Positions 52,449 through 64,000 of a DNA stretch of 64,000 bases are shown here, in pieces. Source of the DNA: Eledone cirrhosa (lineage: Eukaryota); the NCBI GenBank assembly GCA_964016885.1, contig OZ024760.1, forward strand, positions 12,214,001 to 12,278,000. Direction: 5' to 3'. A model generated the notes under the pieces. The model had not been told where the DNA came from. It did not search any database and saw nothing but the letters and a program-made list of their open reading frames with translations. The stretch's first letter is position 1; each line of letters starts with the position of its first letter. Made by a program: the position numbers and the translations under genes.

Positions 52449-53540
52449 ACACGTGTGTGTAAATATATACTTTCACGGGGTCGATAAAATAAAGTACCAG
52501 TAATACACTGGTTATTTGTTGGCCTTGTGCCTAAAGTAGGAACAATTATGTAAGAACTGTTATTAGCGTTTGTAATAGAGACTATAAAATGTTATTTCAA
52601 AGTTCACGCGAGAGGTTATACTCACTCGTATCTGCTACAATTGAAAGTCTATTATTTTAGTTATGGTTTTCAGCTAAATTCCATTAAAAAATATAGTTTA
52701 CAGAGTCTAAATCTTGTAATTTTGAAAGGTTTAAAATATTCAGACATTGAGAAATGTGTCATGGCGTCTTTAACTATTGACATTACTGGAAGCCGGAAGC
52801 CGCTCATTAATTTACTACGCATGCTCAGTGACAAAATTAATTCATCTTCCGTCTACTCTCGGCTCTCCAATAATGCCCCTCTCCCTTGCGCTTATTACAT
52901 TTTCAGATTTCTTTTTCAACCCAAAGATATCCAGAGGTTCGACATCACCTTGGAGGATGCAGAGGAGCTGGTACGGGACCGCCAGCAATGGAGGGCGCTA
53001 GTAGGCCTGGTCGGCTCTACGCATGACGATTTGATATAATAAATTCTTTTTAAACTTATTTTTTTTATATCCGAACTTCATTTGAATATATAAAATTTAA
53101 TTAGCGAAACATTTTACTTATGTGATAGAGTCCGGGAAAGGCACAATAAGTAATATTAAGGTGCTCCTTTAAGAATCAACAAATGTTGGTTTGTCCCCCT
53201 CACATATTAAAGGTAAACGAGGCCCCTGTGTGTGGCCAATTGGGGATCGTTTTTGTCTTCGATTCCTCCCCCTTTTCTTTCTTTCTCTCGTTCTGGTCAT
53301 ATACGTTTGTCTATTATATTTGTGAGGTTCTTAGCAATAATTAATTGTATTTATTATATGTGAAATTACGGGGTCGATAAAATAAAGTACCAGTCACACA
53401 CTAGGGTTCGATTTAATCGACTTTCTCCTCCCTGTGAATTGCTGGCCTTGTGCCTATATAAGAAACCATTATATTTTCATTCTAAAAGAACTGAGCAATT
53501 TGTAATGTTATTTTAGAACTAATATACTTTTATCAAATAA

Positions 53541-54022
53541 TCTATATATATAAAACTGAGGATGTCTGTGTGAATCCCTAAAACTCGAAAAGTACCCAAC
53601 CGATTTTTTTCAAACTTTACATGTATATTACAGGGAGTGTTATGCACATAAAAAATTCCCTAGGGCCCGCATTAGGTGAAAAAGTGCGTTTTTTTTTAGC
53701 TTTTTATGAGTTTTTTGAGGCATACGTCAGACCTATTTCATTGAAATTGTAACTATGTATTAGTCAGTCTTTTCTTCATACCGTGAGGAAATCCAACTTT
53801 TTTATGGCCTAGGTGAAAAACTTCATTTTTTCAGCTTTTTCGGGCTTTTTTGAAGCGTTTTTTTTTCCTGCTTCGTTGAGGAAAATCTTAAAGATTATCC
53901 AGCCACCAGAGTATTCAGTTTATTTTCTTTATTGTCCAGGCATGCAGTTTTTCCACAATTAGGTCTGTTGGCAGCCCGCATTCCAAAATACCTCATCCCG
54001 TGCAATGCCGGGTACATTACTA

Positions 54023-54023
<1 letters not shown>
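53541..54023 (+). mobile_element. Non-autonomous Helitron
   Basis: A|TCTATATATATAAAA 5' end; cccgtgcaatgccggg hairpin then CTAG|T 3' end. Confidence 0.8.
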
Positions 54024-54061
<38 letters not shown>

Positions 54062-54638
54062 AATAACATTACAAATTATTCACAATTCTTTTACAATGGA
54101 ATATAGTAATTTCACACAATATAAATACAATTAACTATTGCTAGGAACTTCACAAATACAACACACCTTGATATATGACCAGAGAGAAAGACGAAAAAAT
54201 ATATTTAAAATAAATAAATTCCTTTGTAATGAGGTGTGGTGTTTGTTTTACCGCTTCCGTTTTTATATATTTGTGAGCTTCCTAGCAATAATTAATTACA
54301 TCGATTCATAAATATTTATAATTTCATTCTGTAATAACCATTTGTAATGTTATTTATACAAGCGTGGTTAATAATGGTTTCTGATTTAGGCACAAGGCCA
54401 GCAATTTTAGGGGAGGGGAGAGGGAAAGTTGATTAAATCGACCCCATTACGTTACTGGTACTTTATTTTATCGACCCCCCCTCGTAAGGATGCGATGCAA
54501 AGCTAACTTTAGCGGGATTTGAACCCAGACCGTAAAGGGTCATAACTCTATGCTGCAAAACATGGCATCCGATCTTCCATCGATTCTACTACCAATTCAC
54601 CACAATAATAATAATGTTGTGGTGAATTGGTAGTAGAA

Positions 54639-55780
54639 TCAATAAACCTGACATTGGCTTTGATGACGGCCTCGGAACCGGCTACAGGCCTTCGTCACTG
54701 TCCCCCAACTTAGGCCCCTGAAGGCACTTATGATCCTGGCCTTCAGATCGTCTTTCGTTTTGCAGCTAGATCTGTTGGTGTCTCGTTCCACTGCGCCCCA
54801 CACAAAGAAGTCGAGGGGATTGCAGTCAGGCGAGCTGGGAGGCCAGATGTCAGGTGAAGTGTGGTCGACAAAGTTCTCTGACAGCCGGGCTTGGGTCTTT
54901 CGGCTGGTATGGCAGGGCGCCGAGTCTTGCTGCCACACGTACGGCCTACCTGCAGCTACCTGGTCAATCCAGTGCTTTACTACCTCGCTCATAACACAGA
55001 TGTAGCCATCGGTGTTCAGCTTGAGGCCCTCAGGGAAGAAGTGAGGTGGAATGACGTCACCTTGACTGCTGACGACACCTAAGACCAATGTTGTCACTGA
55101 AAATTTTGTCTGCATGACTCTGGGCACGTCTTTGGATGAGATAGCGAGCCACTTGTTGTTCTGGGAGTTGATCTTCGGAGAAAAACCACAGCATGTCTGG
55201 CTCCAGTGGGTGTTTCAACTTGTTGATCAGCTTCTTTGCGTGCTTCAGTCGCTTTTCTTGCATCGCCTTTGACAGAAAATGTCCTTTCCTCATGTTGTAT
55301 GAAACATAGCGAATGTCTTCATGTACCACCAGCCTAATGAGCTTTTCATCCACGCCTTTCTCCCTTGCAATGGCACGCATCGACTTGCTATGTTCATTGT
55401 TGATGATATCCTGAACTTCAGCAACAACTCGGGTGTTCTGAAGGCGTCAGATCGTCGATCATGTGTTTTCCTCTCTGATGTTGCTTTGTAGTCAAATCCT
55501 GAATCTTCCAATTCCTTTCTGACCTTTTCCACCATTCTCCTGCTGACGCTGAGAAAGTCTGAAATTTCCTTATTTGTCCTCCCGGCGCGAATTCCAAGAA
55601 CTCCGTGTCTCTTCCACAAATTTGGAGGTTCAAAATTATTCATAATCAATTATTCTGAAAATAAATAATGGAAATATAGTCACTGTTTTTATGAAGACAA
55701 GAGTGACAACGGAAGTTAAAAAAATTTGCATAAAATTATCAGTTGAAAATTGCCAACAGATATCGTCCACCCCATTATAT
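54639..55780 (-). pseudogene. Frameshifted Tc1/mariner transposase, DD37D (maT) type
   Basis: HTH-like N-terminus; WFFS; QQDSAPCH...WPPSSPDCNPLD with 37 residues between the 2nd and 3rd D; split over several frames. Confidence 0.88.
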
Positions 55781-55805
55781 ATATATATCAGATATCGTCC
55801 ACCCC

Positions 55806-55871
<66 letters not shown>

Positions 55872-55952
55872 CATACATCCTCAAAATACGTATAATAAAA
55901 TAAATAGGAACGGACTAAAGTAACTGTATTTTTTCTTTATTATATATATATA

Positions 55953-56292
55953 TATGGAGGCACATGGCTTAGTGGTTAGAGCATTGGCCTTGCAATCGAA
56001 AGGTTGTGAGTTCAATTCTCAGACTGGGTGATGTGTTGCTTCCTTGGGCAAGACTTTATTTCACATTGCTCCAGTTTACTCAGCTGTAGAAATGAGATGA
56101 TAGGGGCTGGGGTCCCTATCATTCCACTGCAAAGTGGTCGTGGAAGTGCCATGGCAAAAAAGAACCCAGCACTCACTGTAAATGAGGTTTGTGTTAGGAA
56201 GGGCATCCATCTGTAGAAATCAAGCCAGAATCAGTTCCCATCCCACCCTTGCAAGCATGGAAAAGTGGACGTAAAATGAAATGAAAATGAAA
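55953..56292 (+). mobile_element. SINE family B, full length
   Basis: Same head, core and tail as the other family B copies. Confidence 0.9.
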
Positions 56293-56580
56293 AATGATAT
56301 ATGTATAATTATTACTTCAAGTATGTTCATATACATATATAGAGAAATACACACACACAAACATATATATAGAGATATACACATGCAAACATAAAGGTTC
56401 AAATAACAACAATAACAACAACAACAATAATAATAACAACTCAGGAAGTCAAAGTTATGTATTTAGTGTATTTTTCTCTTCTTTATTGTTACACAGTTTT
56501 TAAAATTATTTATTTATTATTTGTGAGATGATGTGTAGTGTAAACCCCATACAGTTAGAATTGTTGCTTCAAAAATGTTC

Positions 56581-56630
<50 letters not shown>

Positions 56631-56640
56631 AACACAAATG

Positions 56641-56701
<61 letters not shown>

Positions 56702-57436
56702 AAATATACACACATACACAAACATATATAAGTGTGGCTTCAAAAATGTTCCATATATATATATAGACATAAACACACACATATGTACATATATATATAT
56801 GTGTGTGTATGTACATTATATATATTTGTTGTTTCAAGTATGTTCCATATGCATGTATACACACACGCACACACACACACACACATGTATATTATATATA
56901 CTCATAAATATGTACATGTACACATATATACATACATATATATATATATATAGATGTATAAATATTGGGGTGCATCAGGTCACCGAGGTCACAGTTGGTA
57001 ATTCAATAATGCCCCTCACATATATATATATATATACACACAAATATATATATATACACACACAAATATATATATATATATACACACACACAAATATATA
57101 TATATGCACGCACACACTCTCTCTCTCTATATATATACCTTCACACACACACATACTATATATAGCTTTATACAGACAAATATATATATATATAATATAT
57201 TAACAACATATATATATATATATATACACAATATATTAACAATATATATATATATATATATATACACTATATTAACAACATATATATATTTATATATATA
57301 TATATATATACAATATATTAAGAACATATATATATATATATTTATATATATATATATATATATATAGTCACCTCGGACAGTTTTACAGAATACAGGAGGT
57401 GCAGCAAATACAATTAAAATAAAAGATAAAATAATA

Positions 57437-58243
57437 AAGGTTTCTTATAGAGGCACAAGGCCAGCAATTTAAAGAGGAGGGGAAAGTCGACTAAATCAAC
57501 CCCAGTGTGATACTGGTACTTTATTTTATTGACTTAGTAAGGATGAAGGGCAAAGCTAACCGTGGCAGGATTTGAACTTAGAACGCAAAGGGCCGTAACT
57601 CTATGCCACGAAGCAGAGTGTTTGATGCTCTACCAATCCTGCCAACCCAGCGCCGCCAACAATGATAATTTCTGTATTTGGTACAAGGTCAGCAATTTGA
57701 AAAGTAGTACTGAAAGTCAATTAAATCTACCCCAGTACATTACTGGTACTTTATTTTATCGATCCCTGTAAGGATGAAAAGCAAAGGGCCGTAACTCTAT
57801 GCTATAAAGCATGGCGTCCGAGATACCAATCGGGGCAATAAGGTTAATCCCATTAAAACTTCTAGACTTTGTAACTCAACTGGTACAGCTTGGGTGTGAT
57901 AAAGTAGGTGAAGGAACTGCACACATTCCAAGGCAAGGTTAATCTCAGTAGGAATTGAACCCAGACTGTAAAGGGCCGTAACTCTATGCTGCAAAGCATA
58001 GCGTCTGACGCTCTACCGATACTGGCAAACCCCCACCCTTAATAATAATAATAATTGTTTCTACTTTAGGCACAAGGCCAGCAATTACCCAGTGCATTAC
58101 TGGTACTTTATTTTATCGACCCCCGTAAGGATGAAAGGCAAAGTTAACCTCGGCGGGATTTGAACTCAGATCGTAAAGGGACGTAACTCTATGCTGGAAA
58201 GCATGGCGTCCGACCCTCTACCGATACTGCCAATCCACCGCCC
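57437..58243 (-). mobile_element. Cluster of tandem SINE family A copies (best copy 58040-58243)
   Basis: Repeated family A motifs in the same orientation. Confidence 0.85.
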
Positions 58244-58538
58244 TTAATAATACTAATAATAATAGAAAATCTAAGGGTATTTATTCCAAAACTAATCAGG
58301 TTAGTGACAATGATGATGATGGGTTTTTTAAGTAGGTTTGAAATAACCTTGTCTCAATAGATGCCAGGAGATTGTGGGTTACTGAGTAAGCAGGTGTGAC
58401 AGAGTGTTACCTGAGCAAATTTGAACAAAGGGTAGATATTTCTATCTCAGGTGAATCAACAACAACAACAACAGCAGCAGCTAGTTTAGCCGACACAATC
58501 TGAGGAAAAAGATATTTTACCTTGGCCCACCCTGCCCT

Positions 58539-58609
<71 letters not shown>

Positions 58610-58666
58610 TGTGTGTGTGTGTATATATATATATATAGTTATGTAATAAACAACATAAGATAATTA

Positions 58667-58727
58667 TTTCATTTACCAGTGGTTTCTTGAAAGCAAACAA
58701 AATTTGCTTTCAGTCATCAGAATGAAA
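58667..58727 (-). ncRNA. Hammerhead motif inside inverted repeat 58635-58791
   Basis: tttcatt-CTGATGA-c-tgaaagcaaa/tttgctttca-a-GAAA-ccactgg-TA-aatgaaa. Confidence 0.7.
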
Positions 58728-58853
58728 AAATGGTGGTGTCTGACACCAGGTAAATGAAATAATTATCTTATGTTGTTTATTACATAACTATTAAGCTCTG
58801 TAACCTACAGAGCACTCTTTTTTCCTGGACCTTTCCGACGGAATTACTTCATT

Positions 58854-58905
<52 letters not shown>

Positions 58906-59360
58906 GAGAGTTGGAATTACCTGTTTCCTTTAGTAAGAAAACTGTTTAGTAATTAATACTTAAGAAATAGAGTGAAGGTTTTGTAACAGGTTACTGCCTA
59001 ATGGCTGAACTCAGCCATTAGGCAGTAACTTCTTATTATATGTCTATATATATATATAAGTCGAAGCTTAGTAAAATCGTAGCTTTGACTGTGGCCAAGC
59101 TAATAACCTACAATAGGAATGAGCAGCAAAGCACTCAATAAGGGTGCAGGCCTTAGAGTAATAGTATACGTTTAGACAGCTTGACAAATTGAAAATTGCG
59201 GCACACAATACCAAAAACAACGGAAAAACTAATTAAGCTCGACACCTGACCCGGACATATATATATATAACGTATTGCAAAATATCATTTGATATGTTTG
59301 GTATTTCTGAAGAAAACACAATTGACTTCTCTGTCTGATGAATGGTCTAAAAGTGTTGTT

Positions 59361-59417
<57 letters not shown>

Positions 59418-59546
59418 AAAGTTCTATTTAAAATTGTTGGGATACAACAAGTAAATATTTTATAACTGATATAAAGCACTCGACAAGTTTTTGGAGTAGA
59501 TATACGATATTAAATAAATGGAAACTATATTTATAAAACCATATTT

Positions 59547-59609
59547 ATTTCATTATACATATTTCAGGGATACCAAATTAAAATATGGTATGCCTTCATC
59601 AGACAAAAT
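59547..59609 (-). ncRNA. Hammerhead motif (family A)
   Basis: attttgt-CTGATGA-aggcatacca/tggtatccct-GAAA-tatgta-TA-atgaaat on the minus strand. Confidence 0.75.
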
Positions 59610-59708
59610 ACAATATATAAACAGTTTTATAAATAATTTTGACGTACCCTATTAGATGCAACCATTATTTTTGGAAGCTGTCTGGATAGTATATATATAT
59701 ATATATAT

Positions 59709-59756
<48 letters not shown>

Positions 59757-60016
59757 ATGCGAGCATGGAAAATAGACGTTAAACGATGATATATATATAT
59801 ATGTGTGTGTGTGTGTGTATCTGTATATATAAGGGTTCCTAATTTATACCCAAGGCCATCAGTTTTAGTGAGGGTAGGGGGTAAGGTTATTAAATTGCTG
59901 CCAATACATCACTGGTATTTTATTTAATTACCCCTCAAAAGGGTTGAAAGACAAAGGAATACCCTTTATACTGTAACAACCCTGTCAGTCCCCTACCCTG
60001 ATGATGATGACAATAA

Positions 60017-60243
60017 TAATGGTTTCTGATTTAGGCACAAGGCCGGCAATTTTTGATGGTGGTGGAGGGAAAGTCAATTAAATCAACCCCAGTGCGTGAC
60101 TGGTACTTTATTTTATCGACCCCCTGTAAGGATGAAAGGCAAAGCTAACCTCGGCTGGATTTGAACTCAGAACGTAAAGGGTCGTAACTATGCTGTGAAG
60201 CATGTTGTCCGATGCTCTACCGATTACTGCCATTCAACCACCA
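60017..60243 (-). mobile_element. SINE family A copy
   Basis: Family A motifs. Confidence 0.85.
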
Positions 60244-60338
60244 TTAACAATAATAATAATAATAATAATTAATAATAACAATAATAATTATAATAAACAA
60301 AAAATACACATTTTTATTTGTTCATTTTGTACAGCTGT

Positions 60339-60377
<39 letters not shown>

Positions 60378-60416
60378 CCATTTGTTTCTATGAATGAGTA
60401 GCTTTTACCTTCCTTG

Positions 60417-60461
<45 letters not shown>

Positions 60462-60648
60462 TATATGTATATATAAGATGAGTGGCAGTGAATTCAACTG
60501 CATTAGTTGACTTTTATTAGTAAATAAAATTTATTTCAGCTCATTAAACCTTTCATTTCCACATTTCTAATGAAAGATAACTGCCTATGTCATTAACAAT
60601 ATATATATAATTATATAATTAGAAAGTGAACAACACAAAATATAACTA

Positions 60649-60716
60649 CTCCATTACCAAAGGTTTCTGGATCCCAGACAACAATAATATACGTCTGGAG
60701 CGGTCATCAGACAGAG
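60649..60716 (-). ncRNA. Hammerhead-like motif (family B) inside inverted repeat 60616-60815
   Basis: ctctgt-CTGATGA-...-GAAA-cctttgg-TA-atggag. Confidence 0.55.
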
Positions 60717-60935
60717 ATGTTATCTTATCTCATTATTATTGTTATTGTCTGGGATCCAGAAACCTTTGGTAATGGAATTGAATAGTTATATTTTGTGTTG
60801 TTCACTTTCTAATTAAATAGCTCTGTTTTATACATAGAGCACTCTTTTTTCCTTCGGAATTACCTAACACACACATATATACACACACACACACATATCT
60901 CTCTCTCGCTCTCTCTCTATATATATATATATACA

Positions 60936-61260
60936 GTTACGGTAAAGCCAGAGTCCTGGTGTTTCTCCAGTGCAAGGTGAATACAATAGTCCACTGCGAT
61001 GATAAAAAGGTAGGGAGCCAATGTATCTCCCTGGAGCACTCCAGCCAGTATCTCAAAGAACTCTGTTATCTCATCAGGTGTAATGACTTGGAAGCCCCTG
61101 CATGGACACACTGGAAGAGGAAGACCGAGGTTAACATATGTTGGTGCCCTGAGGACAGACACTGGTCTGTTGGAGATGCAGGACATGGCAGCGATAACGA
61201 GGGACAGAGACGGCTGGAGAGAACTCGTCTATGGATCTTGGGAATTTTAGCCGCCCTAGA
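60936..61260. mobile_element. LINE fragment with internal inversion (RT core on -, 3' end on +)
   Basis: Minus strand GVLQGDTLAPYLFIIAVDY; plus strand WKPLHGHTGRGRPRLTY. Confidence 0.65.
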
Positions 61261-61906
61261 TAGATATATCCAGTGTACCTAATATATGTTCATGGAAACA
61301 ACCGCATATTCACAGAATTCTAAATATATTCTATGATTTTTTTAAAGGTTTTTTTTTCGTCGTAATATATATTTTTTCACTTTTTTAAACGCTAAACTAT
61401 TAGTACCAATATACTGTATTTGCTGGCCTATCATTGATGCTGTATTATGACGTTTGTGGCCATTTTTATGGACCACTTCTTATATTTGGGGCTTTTCCTT
61501 TATTGCAGGTGCTCTAAGAATGTAAGACCTGCAAATACCGGGGGGGGGGGGGGGGGGGGGGCTGTATATGTATATGTGCATATATATGTATGTATGGATG
61601 TATGAATATGTGTATGTAGTATGTGTATGTGTGTGTGTATGTATATATGTGTGTGTGCGTATGTATGTGTGTGTGCGTATGTATGTGTCTGTATGTGTGT
61701 CCACTGTATTTTTGCATTCATACGATCCAGAAGTTGTTTACTTCAGGTTTTATCTCTATTAAATCTATTGATCAGACCGGTGATCAATAGATTTAACATA
61801 TTTGACTGATAAACTTTATCTTGATCCAGTCAATTGATAGATCAGACAAAAACTTTGTTTTTATTGATCTTTTCATTATTGATTCTGTCTTAAAGTTGAT
61901 ATCTTG

Positions 61907-62060
<154 letters not shown>

Positions 62061-62230
62061 TAAATATTATTTAAAATTCCATTCCTTTGTGCATTTTCCT
62101 GTATTGAGTCCTGTTTAGTAAAAACCCACACATACATCTTAACAGATACCTGAAATTATACACGTACACACAAAAAGATATCTATATATTTTTGTGTGTG
62201 CATCTAATATATCACATACATAGACAAAAA

Positions 62231-62273
<43 letters not shown>

Positions 62274-62729
62274 TCTATATATGTGTGTGAATCTAATATA
62301 TTAATACATACATACACACAAATGTATATATATATACAATTCTGATTTGCTATTAGACTCCATGGTGTAATACCATGTTAACAGTTGAAAACCAAAAATA
62401 ATTCAACATTTTTTCAAGGTGAGTTAAAAAAAAAAAAAAAAAAAAAATCATCTGTTTTTCTTTCATGTTAATTAGTGTTATTTTAAATTGTTTTAAATAT
62501 GCTCATTATTTAATTATCTTCTCTTTATTTTCTTTAACTATAATAATAGTTGAATAACTTGGAGATGAGAAAACATGGACAGGGATTTGAAGCCCGTATC
62601 TCTCCTATCCTCAGTGACCATATTTACCCATTATATCAGAGTCTACCTGGGTCTACCTGGTCATTAATTCACATCTTTTTAGAAGGTTTAAGCTGGTCGT
62701 GTTCTTTTCCTTTTTGAATATTTTCTTTA

Positions 62730-63020
62730 TCGCCAGCATCAGGCTAGCAACATACACCACCACCACCACTAGCATCAGGTTAGCAACATACACCACCACC
62801 ACCACCACCACCATCACCACTACATACACCACTAGCATCAGGCTAGCCACATACACCACCACCACCACTACATACACCACTAGCATCAGGCTAGCCACAT
62901 ACACCACCACCACTACATACACCACTAGCATCAGGCTAGCCACATACACCACCACCAAGCTAACCACACACACCACTACGACAACGACCATCACCACTAC
63001 TAACACCACCAACACCACCA
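62730..63020. repeat. Variable tandem repeat (acc)n-actagcatcaggctagccacatac
   Basis: Direct inspection. Confidence 0.85.
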
Positions 63021-63371
63021 TATATATAACTAATCCTGTCTAACCCATGCTAGCTTGACAGATAGACGTTAAACGGTGATGACAATATATGTTTTAGGTA
63101 ATTCCGAAGAAAAAACAAAGGAAAAAGAGTGCTCTACGTATAGAGGCAGACAGGTTTCTAAACATACAATGAAGCCACCATTGTGAAAATTAAACCACTG
63201 ATAATAAATAATAGGATTAAACATATTTTTAGTGTCTCCCTTATCTACAGGCTTTCTCCTTAGGTAGGGAGAAAGCAGTGTTCACAAATCTTGTAGTGAA
63301 GGGAGCATTAATTTTATGGTTGGTGTCAAATTTCTTATCAATTATATATATATATATATATACATATATAC

Positions 63372-63416
<45 letters not shown>

Positions 63417-64000
63417 AACATATATATATACATATATATATATATATACATAGTTTTTTATTTTTAATTATAAATCAGTTGTGGTTAGAAATTACATTTT
63501 TTAAAACTTGATTAGTTAGAAAATATATTTAAAAAAATAAACATTAAATTAAATGATAAATTTTGCCAAAAGGTTTTTTTAAATTAATAAAAATATGAAA
63601 AATGGAAAAACTTACAGAGAACTTTATACATATACATATATATATATATATACACATATACATATATATATATTGTATATATAACATATATATATATATA
63701 TATTGTATATATAACATATATATATATATATAACATATATATATATATATATAACATATATGTATACATATATATATATATTCTAAACTTTTCATAAACA
63801 TTCAAAGCCACAAAAGTGAACAGAGAGTTGAAATGTAACAGAGTTTAAAGCTGATTAGAATGATGTGAAGAAAAACTGGAATAGTTTGTTTGTTTTACCT
63901 AAGACTGTTTCATCCACAAGTCTGAAAAGAGGGTTATAGCCCCAAAATATCAAGGGTAAAACTTTACTTTATTTTATTTTTGCTTTGTTTTATTTACCAT

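Overview
AT-rich, microsatellite-laden eukaryotic (animal) DNA. The SINE/RTE repertoire resembles that of octopod cephalopods (inference only). Most ORF-track entries are (TA)n/(TG)n artefacts. Two spliced protein-coding genes were reconstructed by hand from GT-AG sites with consistent reading phase. (1) A minus-strand STAND/NB-ARC-type NTPase with TPR-like C-terminal repeats: coding exons 9486-9355, 8043-7081, 5539-5386, 2655-2508 and 1534-1425, 3' end not resolved. It has no obvious N-terminal effector domain. (2) A plus-strand WDR86-like WD40 gene: exons 27641-28393, 33699-33834 and 39591-39694, followed by two homologous alternative last exons (41345-41434 and 43710-43940). The rest is mobile DNA: two tRNA-derived SINE families, RTE-, CRE- and Tx1-like LINE fragments, a DD37D (maT) mariner relic, non-autonomous Helitrons, piggyBac/hAT/Tc1 MITEs, a 44-bp satellite and other tandem arrays. 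The most striking hidden signal is more than a dozen type I hammerhead-ribozyme motifs (CUGANGA...GAAA...NUH) from several sequence families. They show stem covariation and are often embedded in long palindromes, consistent with Penelope-like/retrozyme elements. Several lie sense-strand inside introns of both genes, including between the two alternative WDR86 last exons.
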